From Aquificota bacterium (GTDB lineage Bacteria > Aquificota > Aquificia > Desulfurobacteriales > DQVG01): a DNA stretch of 64,000 nt. The stretch is taken from NCBI GenBank assembly GCA_027002265.1, contig JAMOTM010000043.1, forward strand, positions 12,103-76,102, written 5' to 3'. The notes under the pieces were generated by a model, which saw nothing but the letters and a program-made list of their open reading frames with translations, had not been told where the DNA came from and did not search any database. Positions 54,816-64,000 of this stretch are shown piece after piece (within the stretch, counting starts at the first letter, position 1; the number at the start of each line of letters is the position of its first letter). Both the position numbers and the translations under genes were made by a program.

Positions 54816-55130
54816 ATGGAAAGAGAAAAAAGGGATTTTAAAATTAATAAATCATTTTTATCGAATTTTTTTAACGAAATTATAACTTATCTTCCTCAGC
54901 TTGTAGAATATATTCTTTTTTCTAAAGATAAAGATAAGAATTTAAAGGAAATTACTTTTAAAATTCATAACTTAGAAAAGAGATTAGATCTTCTTGAAAA
55001 AGAAATAAAAAGTTTAAAAATGTATAATGAAGAGATATCTAAACGTATAAAGCTTATTTTTAACCTATTTATTATTATCTTGCTTTTAATAATTTTTATT
55101 TTATGTTTAGTTGCCTTAAAAATTCTTTAA
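54816..55130 (+). CDS. Hypothetical tail-anchored coiled-coil protein (104 aa)
   Basis: ORF with a single C-terminal transmembrane helix. A TATAAT-like box lies at 54802-54807, only 8 nt from the ATG, suggesting a possible leaderless transcript. Confidence 0.3.
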   Translation: MEREKRDFKINKSFLSNFFNEIITYLPQLVEYILFSKDKDKNLKEITFKIHNLEKRLDLLEKEIKSLKMYNEEISKRIKLIFNLFIIILLLIIFILCLVALKIL

Positions 55131-55341
55131 AGTAAACTTTCCTCTTTAAGTTAAGATTTTGTATTTTCTCTATTTGCATTTAAAATCTTGCTTGCAACTT
55201 GTAAATTGAAAACTTTTTGTACGTGCTTACAGTTACTTTTGTTTTTTTATTGTAATTCTTTTTTAAACATCTTTTTTATATGCTAGGCAAAAAAAAGAGT
55301 TTTCAAAAGTCAGTTTTTTGAAAATAATATAAAACTTTGCA

Positions 55342-56430
55342 CTATAATATCTTTAAAGTCTCTTTTAAAATAATTTCTTTTGAGTTTTTCAGGATATACG
55401 TTTCTAAATCTTTTATATCTTCATCTTTTTTTGTATTTGACCAATTTGTAAATTCTTTAAAGGTTTTTAAAAATTTTTCTTTATCCTCTTTTTTTAAAGT
55501 TTGAATAAATACTTTTGCTAAATCTTTTTTCAAAATAGGTTTAATATTTTCATATTGATGATTTTTATAAGCATATGGATAAGGAACAAATAATGTTTTC
55601 TTTTTAAAGTAACAAACTTCTGTTACGGTTAAAGCCCCAGCCCGAGAAATAACTAAATCCGCTACTTTTAAATAAGGTCCCAAATTTTCTTTAAATTCAA
55701 AAAGAAGAAAATCATAGTTTCTTTTTTCATATATATTTTTTAATCTAAAAAAACCTTTGTTTTTACCGGTAATATGAATAATAAAAAATTCTTTAAGTAT
55801 ATTAGGGGACTTAGATGCAATATATTCAAAAACTTCATTTAAAAATAAAGCTCCTTGGGAACCTCCGTAAATTAGAAGAACCTTTTTTGATGGGGGTATT
55901 TTTAATTTCTCTTTTAAGCTGTTTTTATCTTCTTTATCATATATTTCAACTTCTTTCCTGAGAGGATTAGAAGTCCAAACAAATTTTTTATTATCTATAT
56001 CTTCTATATTTTTCCCTTCAAAGTAAGGAAATCCTAAAAAAATCTTTTTTGCAAATCTAGAAAATAGTTTATTTGCTTTTCCAAAAAGGACATTTTGCTC
56101 ATGAATAACAATAGGAATTTTTAAAAGATAGGCCGCAAGGTAAAGAGGAAAAGATACATAACCTCCAAAACCTAAGACTAATTTTACATTTTTTTCTTTT
56201 AAAAGTTGTTTTATTTTTTTTGATATTTTTATATAGCTATAAAGTCTTTTTGGTAAAAATACATTTTTTTTTATATCAAATAAGAAAAAATCTTTTTCAA
56301 AAAACTGAGCCTCTATAGAATTTTTTGATCCTATAAAAATGGTTGGAATATTTTTTTCTTTAAAATATTTAAAAACAGAGTATGCTGGAAAAAAATGTCC
56401 TCCTGTTCCTCCACCCGAAATAGCTATCAT
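55342..56430 (-). CDS. murG: Undecaprenyldiphospho-muramoylpentapeptide beta-N-acetylglucosaminyltransferase
   Basis: N-terminal GGGTGGHFFPA motif. Confidence 0.8.
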   Translation of the reverse strand: MIAISGGGTGGHFFPAYSVFKYFKEKNIPTIFIGSKNSIEAQFFEKDFFLFDIKKNVFLPKRLYSYIKISKKIKQLLKEKNVKLVLGFGGYVSFPLYLAAYLLKIPIVIHEQNVLFGKANKLFSRFAKKIFLGFPYFEGKNIEDIDNKKFVWTSNPLRKEVEIYDKEDKNSLKEKLKIPPSKKVLLIYGGSQGALFLNEVFEYIASKSPNILKEFFIIHITGKNKGFFRLKNIYEKRNYDFLLFEFKENLGPYLKVADLVISRAGALTVTEVCYFKKKTLFVPYPYAYKNHQYENIKPILKKDLAKVFIQTLKKEDKEKFLKTFKEFTNWSNTKKDEDIKDLETYILKNSKEIILKETLKIL

Positions 56431-57119
56431 TCCCTAATTTCCTGAGCTATTTCTTGCTGCCGAACAAATACATATTTTGCAATTTCATCCTGATCCTTTA
56501 GATTTATATTAATAAATGAAATTCCCAGTCTCTCTTCATCTTTATTTAAAGGAGATTTTCTAACAACTTTTCCTAAAACTTTAAAGGTATGTCCATTTGG
56601 TAAAGTTATTTCAAGCTCTAATATATCTCCTTCCTTTATTTTACCTTTTGGAAAAGGAATAGCTATCCCCATTTCTGAAATATCTATGGCTTTTGTAAGA
56701 ACTTCTTCTACAATCTCTCCTTTTTCATTTTTAAGAATAGCTTTTACCCTTACTGGCTTTTTTCTTGAGGGTTTTACTCTTAAAAAACGTCTTGAAAATT
56801 TATCTACAGGTTGGAAAACAGGTAAGGTAGTTTCTATACCACTTTCACTTGCATAAAGAACATTAGCTTTATAGTGATATTGCCTTTCCGGAGTTTGAAC
56901 TCTTATAAAAAGTTCTTTAGATTCATTACAAGCTTTTACAAGTTTAGGATCTCCTTCAAAAAGAACATTTTTTGTAGTAGGATCTATTTCTAAAACTTTT
57001 ACTTTTGCCCAAACGGGAATTTCCTCAAAAAAGGACATAGCTATAATAGGTTTTCCTTTTTCCATATGCTCTTTTAAATATTCTTCTATATTTACCATTT
57101 GATTAACCTCAATGTTCAT
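56427..57119 (-). CDS. PilZ-domain (c-di-GMP-binding) protein, YcgR-like
   Basis: RRFLRV and DISEMGIAI motifs (the RxxxR and D.S.GG PilZ signatures). The 4-nt ATGA overlap with murG suggests they are in one operon. Confidence 0.6.
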   Translation of the reverse strand: MNIEVNQMVNIEEYLKEHMEKGKPIIAMSFFEEIPVWAKVKVLEIDPTTKNVLFEGDPKLVKACNESKELFIRVQTPERQYHYKANVLYASESGIETTLPVFQPVDKFSRRFLRVKPSRKKPVRVKAILKNEKGEIVEEVLTKAIDISEMGIAIPFPKGKIKEGDILELEITLPNGHTFKVLGKVVRKSPLNKDEERLGISFININLKDQDEIAKYVFVRQQEIAQEIRE

Positions 57120-57167
57120 ATGTTAGGTTTTAATTAAAGCTATTATATCAAAGGATATAGGCAATTT

Positions 57168-58253
57168 TTAGCTTTTTTTAAAAATAAAATATCCTAAGGT
57201 TTTATTATCTCTTTTTATTAATATTTTTGTAGCTTTACTTATCTTAAAAATTTCATGATTTAGATTATGTTTCTCCAAAACTGGATAATATCCATCTTCT
57301 TCCCCATATATATTTTCTATTGATAATTTTTTAGCATAAATTATTTTTCGATTTAATTTAGAAAGCTTATATTTTCTTGTAAATTTCTCATCTACTTTTA
57401 AAATAATTTCGGGATCTTCCTTAAATTTTATATTTTCATATAAGAGATGTTTTAAATTTTTAAAACTTTCTTTAAATTCAATTCCAAAAAATTTGCAAAA
57501 AGCATAGAACATATAAAAATGGTATAAAGCTTTTTGATAGGAACTTTTTAAATTTTTTGATACCTCAAAACACCATGCAGGTCTATTTGCAAAAACCAAA
57601 GAGTAATATGTTAAGGTTTTTCGCATATCTTTATATGGGGTATTTCTCCAAAAAGTGTGAGTATTTTTAATTCCAAATTTATGATATTTTGGAACAAATT
57701 TATTTACAAATTTTTCAACAAATTTTGCAACCTTATAAAGCTCAAAATGTTTATATTTAACTTCATCTATAACTATACACTCTCCCCAATATCTTTTATT
57801 GCGTTTGTAAAAGCCATATCCATCATGCAAAGATAAAACAAGATCTATATCTTTTCTATGAAGATACTTTTTTAAATATTTTAAAAATCTATAATCCGGA
57901 TCAGAAGGGGAAACATAGGGAAATTTTCGATTCATATCTCCATTATATCCTCTAACGTAAGCTAAAATAGAGACAAAGTTTTGTCGAGGAATAACTGTAA
58001 TTTTTCCTCTTTTTAAAGAAATATGTTTTAAAAATCTGGCAAAATAGTAGCTTCCCTCTTCATTCCCATGAATACCTGCAACAACTAAAATATGTTTCCC
58101 TTTTTTTTTTCCTTCTATTTCGTAGGAGTAATACTTCTTTTTCGGAAGCTTAATGATGCCTTGGGAAGAAGAATTTTTTGCGTAAGCAACTTCAAGAAAA
58201 AATGGCAAAGTTATTATTTTTCTAATAAAATCTCTTCGGCTAATATTTTCCAT
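57168..58253 (-). CDS. Tat-secreted M14-like zinc carboxypeptidase / succinylglutamate-desuccinylase-aspartoacylase-family protein
   Basis: Twin-arginine signal (SRRDFIRK) and an AGIHGNE zinc-binding motif. Confidence 0.5.
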   Translation of the reverse strand: MENISRRDFIRKIITLPFFLEVAYAKNSSSQGIIKLPKKKYYSYEIEGKKKGKHILVVAGIHGNEEGSYYFARFLKHISLKRGKITVIPRQNFVSILAYVRGYNGDMNRKFPYVSPSDPDYRFLKYLKKYLHRKDIDLVLSLHDGYGFYKRNKRYWGECIVIDEVKYKHFELYKVAKFVEKFVNKFVPKYHKFGIKNTHTFWRNTPYKDMRKTLTYYSLVFANRPAWCFEVSKNLKSSYQKALYHFYMFYAFCKFFGIEFKESFKNLKHLLYENIKFKEDPEIILKVDEKFTRKYKLSKLNRKIIYAKKLSIENIYGEEDGYYPVLEKHNLNHEIFKISKATKILIKRDNKTLGYFIFKKS

Positions 58254-59281
58254 TTATTTCCCTCTTTTACTACATATAAGACTTTTCTATCAGTGGAATT
58301 GTAGTTGTTTGACATATAATGCTGCCAAAAAGATATAGCGTATATATTTTTATATCCAAAAAGATTAAATCGGCCATCTTTTAAGATTTGTATATCACTT
58401 AAATTTACTTTTATCCATTTTTTTTGTTTTGTAACTCTAAGTTTATGTTTTTTCCAAGCTTTATAATTCCCATAGGGAGTTATTAAGTGTTTAGAATAAA
58501 AAGAAAAATAAGTTTCTATATCTTTAGGAGAGTTCTCCCATGCGTTTTTCCAAGCAAGTAGAAATTCCAGTAGTTCTTTTCTTTCTTTTAAAAGGTTTTT
58601 TGCCGGCCCTTTTTTTATTCCTTCTACTATTATAACCGGAGTTTCATAAAGTTTTATATATTTTTTTAATTTTTTTAAATATTTATTTTTAAGTACTACG
58701 CATCCATTTGAAGAGTGAGGAGGACGGTTAGGATTATTTGTTCCGTGAATCCAAATTCCATGTCCACCTTTTCCTAAGTACTTATCTAGATAATTTGGGT
58801 AATTTAGAACATAAGCTCCAATTCCATAAATAGGAGAAAGTCTATAACCTGGAATATATTTTATAGGATAATAAACACCTTCGGGAGTTTTTTGATCTCC
58901 TTCTCTAAATTTATCTCCGGGACGTTTTCCTGTAATACAAGGATATATTCTCACAATTATGGGAAGTCCGTTTCTTTGAGTTATAACATACAAATATTCG
59001 TTTTTTTTATCAACTACAAGAGCATAGTTATTTTTAGAAAGATATATTACGTGTTCAATATAGGTTTTTACAATTGGATATTTTTCTTCTATTTTCTCTA
59101 GAAGCTTTTTTGCTTCTTTGTATTTTTTTTGAAGAACTAATTTTTTTAGTTTTTCTGCATAATCATAAAGAGATAAAGAATCCCCCCAAGCAAAAATGGG
59201 GGGAATGATGAATTTAAAAATAATGAGGATACTTAATAACCTAAAAAATTTATTTAAATAATTCATCTTTATCTGGAACAT
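58214..59281 (-). CDS. L,D-transpeptidase (YkuD-domain) protein
   Basis: Catalytic motif HGT...SNGCVVL and a signal or transmembrane N-terminus. Confidence 0.7.
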   Translation of the reverse strand: MFQIKMNYLNKFFRLLSILIIFKFIIPPIFAWGDSLSLYDYAEKLKKLVLQKKYKEAKKLLEKIEEKYPIVKTYIEHVIYLSKNNYALVVDKKNEYLYVITQRNGLPIIVRIYPCITGKRPGDKFREGDQKTPEGVYYPIKYIPGYRLSPIYGIGAYVLNYPNYLDKYLGKGGHGIWIHGTNNPNRPPHSSNGCVVLKNKYLKKLKKYIKLYETPVIIVEGIKKGPAKNLLKERKELLEFLLAWKNAWENSPKDIETYFSFYSKHLITPYGNYKAWKKHKLRVTKQKKWIKVNLSDIQILKDGRFNLFGYKNIYAISFWQHYMSNNYNSTDRKVLYVVKEGNKWKILAEEILLEK

Positions 59282-59957
59282 TTTCCCAATCTTTTAAAAA
59301 CCTTTCAAGTCCGATATCTGTTAAAGGATGTTTAGAAAGCTTTTCTAAAACCCCAAAAGGTATAGTTGCTATATGAGCTCCAATTAACGCCGCTTCTAAA
59401 ACATGTTTTGGATGTCTAACTGAAGATACGATAACTTCGCTTTCAAAACCATAATTTTCAATAATATTTACTATTTCTTCTACAAGTCTCATTCCATCGT
59501 GTCCAATATCATCTAATCTTCCTACAAAAGGAGAGATAAAAGTTGCCCCAGCTTTCATAGCAAGCAAAGCTTGATTTGGAGAAAATACTAAAGTTACATT
59601 AGTTTTTATTCCTTTTTCACTTAAAATTTTTACAGCTTTTAGTCCTTCTAAGGACATTGGTATTTTTACAACTAAGTTATTGACATTCAAATCATTTTTT
59701 TTAAGAAAATCTACAAAAAACAAAGCTTCCTTTACCATTGTTTCACTATCAAGCTTTCCATTTTTCATACCGATAACTTCTAAAGAAATTGGAAAATCCT
59801 TTTCCTCTCCAAGAGAAAAAATATCTTTTACAACATCTAAGAAAGGTCTTTTTGTTTTAGAGATTAAGGTAGGATTTGTGGTTACTCCATCGATAAGGCC
59901 CCAGGAGAGAGCGGTTTTTATTTCTTCTACATTAGCTGTATCTATGAAAAATTTCAT
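59250..59957 (-). CDS. tal: Transaldolase (short FSA/TalB-type)
   Basis: [19 protein letters not shown], the KIP Schiff-base lysine and [10 protein letters not shown] motifs. Confidence 0.8.
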   Translation of the reverse strand: MKFFIDTANVEEIKTALSWGLIDGVTTNPTLISKTKRPFLDVVKDIFSLGEEKDFPISLEVIGMKNGKLDSETMVKEALFFVDFLKKNDLNVNNLVVKIPMSLEGLKAVKILSEKGIKTNVTLVFSPNQALLAMKAGATFISPFVGRLDDIGHDGMRLVEEIVNIIENYGFESEVIVSSVRHPKHVLEAALIGAHIATIPFGVLEKLSKHPLTDIGLERFLKDWENVPDKDELFK

Positions 59958-60068
59958 CCCTTCCCCCTAATTTTAGATTTTCGGCAAATTATAACAAATG
60001 GGAGAGGGATTTTTTCAATTTATCAAAAGGAAGGAATAAAAAATGGGGGAAAAGCCTTCCCCCAAATA

Positions 60069-60605
60069 TTATTTATCTTCTTTTTTCTTTTTATCTTTAT
60101 CTTCAGGTGATTTAACAATAATTTTTACTTTCTTTTCAAGAGATTTTGGTTTTTTAATTCTAAGTTCTAAAACACCTTTTTCGTAAATTGCTTCAATATC
60201 TTCCTCGTTTGCTTCAAATGGAAGGGGGATAATTCGTTGAAATTCTCCATAAAAGGTTTCTGAGAAAAGTAAGTTTTCTTTTTTTTCTTCTTCAGAAGCC
60301 TTTTTCACACCTCTAATAATCAAGTAGTGTCCTTTAACTTTTATATCTATATCATCTGGATCTAAACCAGGAACTTCAAGTCTAATTACAAGTTCATCTG
60401 GAGTTTCATACATTTCCATTTTAGGTTCTGCAAACATATCCTTAAGTCCACTAAACATAGGAGAAAATTGGCTCATAATTTCTTGCATTAGTTTATCCAT
60501 ATCTCTAAACATAAATTTATCTATATCTTTAAACATATCTCCAAAAAAATCATCAAAAGGATCTCTTCCACGTCCACCTCGTCCAAAGAATCTACCAAAA
60601 AACAT
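60069..60605 (-). CDS. Hsp20/alpha-crystallin-family small heat-shock protein
   Basis: Alpha-crystallin domain (VIRLEVPGLDPDDIDIKVKGHYLIIRG ... GVLELRIKK), an F/G/R-rich N-terminus and a K/D/E-rich tail. Confidence 0.75.
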   Translation of the reverse strand: MFFGRFFGRGGRGRDPFDDFFGDMFKDIDKFMFRDMDKLMQEIMSQFSPMFSGLKDMFAEPKMEMYETPDELVIRLEVPGLDPDDIDIKVKGHYLIIRGVKKASEEEKKENLLFSETFYGEFQRIIPLPFEANEEDIEAIYEKGVLELRIKKPKSLEKKVKIIVKSPEDKDKKKKEDK

Positions 60606-60802
60606 AGCTTAACCTCCAATTTTTTATTTTAATATTTATTTTCATTTATTAAATTTCTTCTTTCTTTTCTTTTTGTCAAGTTGCAAGCTTGAAAAGTCTA
60701 TGAAAAATCATATATTTTTCTAAAAAAATGTTTTAAATATGTTAAAGTAAATAAATAACTTTTTCTAAAAAATATTTATAACCTTTAAAGGAGGAATAAG
60801 TC

Positions 60803-62050
60803 ATGAAAAAGTTTTTGAGCTTAGCTTTACTACTTTCCTTTTTATCTTCTAACACCCTAGCTTTCGCATCTTCTATTTCTCAAAACAATCAAGTTATAAA
60901 AAAATCCACTTTAGAAGCTAAATTAAAAGAAGCTGAAGAGTTATACGAAAAGCTTGAGTTTGACAAAGCTTTAAAAATTTTAAAAGAATTAGAAAAACAG
61001 TATCCTAATAATCCAAAAGTTTTATTTTTACTAGGAAAAGTTCTTTATGATTTAGGAAACTATGGAGAAGCAACTAAATATTTTGAAAAGCTTATAAAAA
61101 TTAATCCTAATAATAGTGAATATTATTTCTGGGCTGCAAAAGCATACTTAAAGTTAGGTAATTTGGATAAAGCATTATTGTATGTCAAACATGCTTTGAA
61201 ATTAAAGGAAGATGCAAGATATTATAATCTTTTAGGTTTAATTTATGTTGCAAAAGGAGATTTAAAAAAAGCTGAAGAAGCTTATAAAAAAGCTATAAAA
61301 TTAAATCCTGAATTTGCGGATGCATACTATAACTTAGGTGTTTTATACCTTTTACAAGGAAAGCAAAATTTAGCTGAAAAATATTTTAAAAAAGCTATAG
61401 CTTTAGCTCCTAAAAAGGCTCTTTATCACTTAAAACTTGCTGAGCTTTATAAAAAACAAGGTCGTTTAAAGGAAGCTATAGAGCAACTCCTTGAGGCTTT
61501 AAAATATCAAGAAGCTACAGCTTTGGCTTATTTAAATATAGCTTTAACCTATTATCAAAACAAAGAGTATGACAAAGCTTTAGAGTATGCCCAAAAAGCT
61601 CTTTTATTAAATCCAGAGTACTATGAAGCTTATATTCTTATAGGAAATATTTATGAAAAAAAACATATGTACGACTTAGCGGAAATGGCTTATAAAACTG
61701 CTCTTCAAATTGCCACTTCTCAAGGAGATAAACTTAAGATTTTTGATGCAGGCGTTTTACTCGGATCTCTCTATTATAAAATGGGACTTTGGGACGCTTC
61801 TGTAGTAACTTTTAAATCTTTAATTCCAATAAATCCAAAAGCTCCTATAATTTACTATTATCTTTCTTTAAATTATGAAAAGTTAGGATTTGAAAAAGCT
61901 GCCGAAGCTGAAAAGGAAACTTTAGAGGCTTTACTAAGGGAGCTTCGTCAAGAAAAGCTTCATGCAAAAACTCAAGAAGAAAAAAATGAAAAGCAAAACT
62001 TAATAGATAAAATAGAAAACTTTTTAGAAAAGCTAAAAGAAAAATTTTAG
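60803..62050 (+). CDS. Secreted TPR-repeat protein
   Basis: Signal peptide plus about 9 TPR units (recurrent A..Y..A......L.P patterns). Confidence 0.7.
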   Translation: MKKFLSLALLLSFLSSNTLAFASSISQNNQVIKKSTLEAKLKEAEELYEKLEFDKALKILKELEKQYPNNPKVLFLLGKVLYDLGNYGEATKYFEKLIKINPNNSEYYFWAAKAYLKLGNLDKALLYVKHALKLKEDARYYNLLGLIYVAKGDLKKAEEAYKKAIKLNPEFADAYYNLGVLYLLQGKQNLAEKYFKKAIALAPKKALYHLKLAELYKKQGRLKEAIEQLLEALKYQEATALAYLNIALTYYQNKEYDKALEYAQKALLLNPEYYEAYILIGNIYEKKHMYDLAEMAYKTALQIATSQGDKLKIFDAGVLLGSLYYKMGLWDASVVTFKSLIPINPKAPIIYYYLSLNYEKLGFEKAAEAEKETLEALLRELRQEKLHAKTQEEKNEKQNLIDKIENFLEKLKEKF

Positions 62051-62082
62051 ATTAGGGGGGATAATTTCCCCCCCATTTTTTA
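62051..62082. terminator. Bidirectional terminator GGGGGG-ataattt-CCCCCCC between the TPR gene and leuB
   Basis: A 6-bp G/C stem with an outer AT-rich inverted repeat (tagatta...taatcta). Confidence 0.6.
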
Positions 62083-63192
62083 ATCTAATTCCAAAATTTT
62101 ATTTGCAATTAAATCTCCCATCTGGGAGCAACTTACAAGTTTAGTTCCAGGTGTGTGAATATCTTTTGTTCTATACTCTTTTAAAACATCTCTAACGGCT
62201 CTATCTATTAAGTTTTCAATATCTGGACGGTTAAAACTGTAGTTAAACATCATTCCAACGGAGTTTATTGTTGCAATTGGATTTGCAATATCTTTTCCGG
62301 CAATATCTGGAGCAGAGCCATGGATAGGTTCATAGAGGCCTTTTTCTCCACCAATAGAAGCAGATGGTAACATTCCTAAAGAACCTGTTAAGGCAGCAGC
62401 TTCGTCGGAAATAATATCCCCAAACATATTTGTAGTAACTATAACATCAAATTGTTTTGGCCATCTTAAAAGTTGCATAGCAGCGTTATCTACATACATG
62501 TGATTAAGTTCTACGTCCGGATAATCTTTGGCTACTTCTTCTACAATTTGTCTCCAAAAAGAGGTAGCTTCAAGTACATTTGCTTTATCTATAGAAGTTA
62601 CTTTTTTATTTCTTTTTCTTGCAGCTTCAAAGGCTATTTTTGCTATTCTTCTTACTTCTTCATCTGTATATTTTAAAGTATTTATTCCTACTTTTTCTCC
62701 TTTAAGTTCTTCTTCTTGATAGTAGTCTTTTAATGGAAATTCTTTTATAGAAAATACTCCTCTTGGCTTTCCAAAGTAAATTCCGGAGGTAAGTTCTCTT
62801 ACAACCAAAATATCAACTCCTTTTACAATTTCCTCTTTTAAAGTTGAAGCAGATACAAGTTCATCATATACCTTTGCAGGTCTTAAATTTGCAAAAGTTT
62901 TAAGAACTTTTCTTAAAGCTAAAAGACCTCTTTCAGGTCTTTTATCGAAAGGTAAATTATCCCACTTAGGTCCACCCACTGCTCCAAGTAAAGTAGCATC
63001 TGCTTTTAGAACAAGTTTTTCTGTTTTTTCTGGAAAAGGTGTACCGTATTTATCTATAGCTTCTCCTCCAATTTCTCCGTACTCAAGTTCAATTTTCAAA
63101 CCATATTTTTTTTCAATAGCTTTAATAACTTTTACAGCTTGAGGAACTATTTCTTTTCCGATACCATCTCCTGGTAAAACAGCTACTTTCAT
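62080..63192 (-). CDS. leuB: 3-isopropylmalate dehydrogenase (isocitrate/isopropylmalate dehydrogenase family)
   Basis: N-terminus [15 protein letters not shown] and the NLRP and GDIISDEAA motifs. The specific substrate assignment (leuB versus homoisocitrate or tartrate dehydrogenase) rests on family resemblance only. Confidence 0.7.
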   Translation of the reverse strand: MKVAVLPGDGIGKEIVPQAVKVIKAIEKKYGLKIELEYGEIGGEAIDKYGTPFPEKTEKLVLKADATLLGAVGGPKWDNLPFDKRPERGLLALRKVLKTFANLRPAKVYDELVSASTLKEEIVKGVDILVVRELTSGIYFGKPRGVFSIKEFPLKDYYQEEELKGEKVGINTLKYTDEEVRRIAKIAFEAARKRNKKVTSIDKANVLEATSFWRQIVEEVAKDYPDVELNHMYVDNAAMQLLRWPKQFDVIVTTNMFGDIISDEAAALTGSLGMLPSASIGGEKGLYEPIHGSAPDIAGKDIANPIATINSVGMMFNYSFNRPDIENLIDRAVRDVLKEYRTKDIHTPGTKLVSCSQMGDLIANKILELD

Positions 63193-63291
63193 TTTTGACC
63201 TCCTTGGGTGTATGAAAAATTTTGGTTTAAAATATTAATTATTTAAAGAACCATCTTTAAAGACAAATTATATATTATAGGATTAGTAAAA

Positions 63292-64000
63292 ATGCCAAAA
63301 CTTCGAGAATTAAAAGATATTGTAAATTCTTTTAATGAGGATGAAATATCTTATTTAGAGGAAAAAGATAAACAATTTTTAGCTTTAAAAAATTTATATG
63401 AAAATTTAAAAGATGATGTATTATTTTTTAAGCTAGTAATAATAAATGCTCTTATGTCCTATCAACTCCAAATGAAAGGAGAAGATTATTGGGAAATTTT
63501 TAGTAAATTTTTTTCAAAAAATAAAGATATAAGTTTTTTTGAAAGTTTTATAAAAACATATAATAAAAGATTTTTAAATGCAAAATTAAAAAGACTTAAA
63601 AAAGTTATAAATTGCGTAGAAAAGTTATTTTTTTCTTATTCTCCAAAAAACTTGGGAGAAAACTTAGAAAAGCTTATAAATTTCCTATCTTTGTGTCTTA
63701 ATCAGGATAAGAAGGCAAAAACAATTGTTTTTGCGGCAAAAATGTTTATGTACGCTTATAAGATTGTATACAAAAAATATCCTGAAAATATTAAAAATAT
63801 ATTTATTCCTTTAGATTCAAGATTAAAAAAAATTGATTCCAATAAAGAAAATTGGGAAAATTTCTTAAAAGAAGTTTCTCATCCGCCTTTAAGATTAGAT
63901 GTAATTTTGTGGTTACCTCAAAATCTTTCTTTAAAGGAAATTTCAAATTTTCCACCTTCGCTTAGAGAAAAATTAATAAAAATTAAAAGAGTTTTGAATT
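63292..64000 (+). CDS. AGOG-like N-glycosylase/DNA lyase (archaeal-type 8-oxoguanine DNA glycosylase family), 3' partial
   Basis: N-terminal region LALKNLYENL...LVIINALMSYQLQMKGEDYWEIFSKFF resembles the AGOG-family core as recalled (LVIANSLVSYQL..GE..W.EF). The frame is open to the window edge. Confidence 0.35.
   Translation, partial: MPKLRELKDIVNSFNEDEISYLEEKDKQFLALKNLYENLKDDVLFFKLVIINALMSYQLQMKGEDYWEIFSKFFSKNKDISFFESFIKTYNKRFLNAKLKRLKKVINCVEKLFFSYSPKNLGENLEKLINFLSLCLNQDKKAKTIVFAAKMFMYAYKIVYKKYPENIKNIFIPLDSRLKKIDSNKENWENFLKEVSHPPLRLDVILWLPQNLSLKEISNFPPSLREKLIKIKRVLN

Noticed and set aside
55131-55341. Intergenic region upstream of murG inspected for a ncRNA or riboswitch
   Set aside because: It is AT-rich with no conserved-looking GC-rich stem architecture, so nothing was called.
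58092-59101. Plus-strand ORFs 58092-58304 and 58892-59101
   Set aside because: They are antisense to the M14 peptidase and L,D-transpeptidase genes.
62473-62719. Plus-strand ORFs inside leuB
   Set aside because: They are antisense shadow ORFs.

Overview
This is a 64 kb chromosomal window from a very AT-rich bacterium. Coding sequence looks about 30% GC and many proteins are rich in K, I, N and E with Lys/Glu-rich C-terminal tails, which probably indicates a thermophile. Most of it is densely packed housekeeping genes on both strands: pstS, rplU-rpmA-tmk, dapB, kdsD, hemL, miaA, lpxK, queE/queD, coaD, rpmB, pyrH, phoU, ndk, guaA, mnmA-rsmG-mnmG, ppa, dut, pnp, murG and leuB. The F-type ATP synthase is split into atpZ-atpB-atpE on the + strand at 13.2-14.4 kb and atpF'-atpF-atpH-atpA-atpG-atpD-atpC on the - strand at 32.8-38.6 kb. 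The clearest accessory element is a 20-repeat CRISPR array at 29420-30726 with a 30-nt repeat and a degenerate terminal repeat. It sits next to two tandem tRNA-Ser genes and an ~800 bp AT-rich leader, and no cas gene is recognisable anywhere in the window. One spacer occurs three times in the array. The second notable region is an eight-gene minus-strand cluster at 42484-47929. It encodes a ~13-haem and a ~7-haem multihaem cytochrome c, a trihaem cytochrome c, an FdnI-type dihaem cytochrome b, an NHL beta-propeller protein and three small membrane proteins. One of the small proteins is below the 60-aa cutoff of the ORF track. The cluster looks like a Cbc-like quinol-to-periplasmic or extracellular electron-transfer module. 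Other findings: a 644-aa protein with repeated winged-helix modules beside a prefoldin-alpha-like protein, both compositionally atypical; a Trm10-like SPOUT protein beside queD/queE; a transpeptidase-only PBP with two C-terminal LysM domains beside a GspF/PilC-like protein; an orphan flhB; a PilZ protein co-oriented with murG; and a recurrent G6-loop-C6 terminator hairpin motif.
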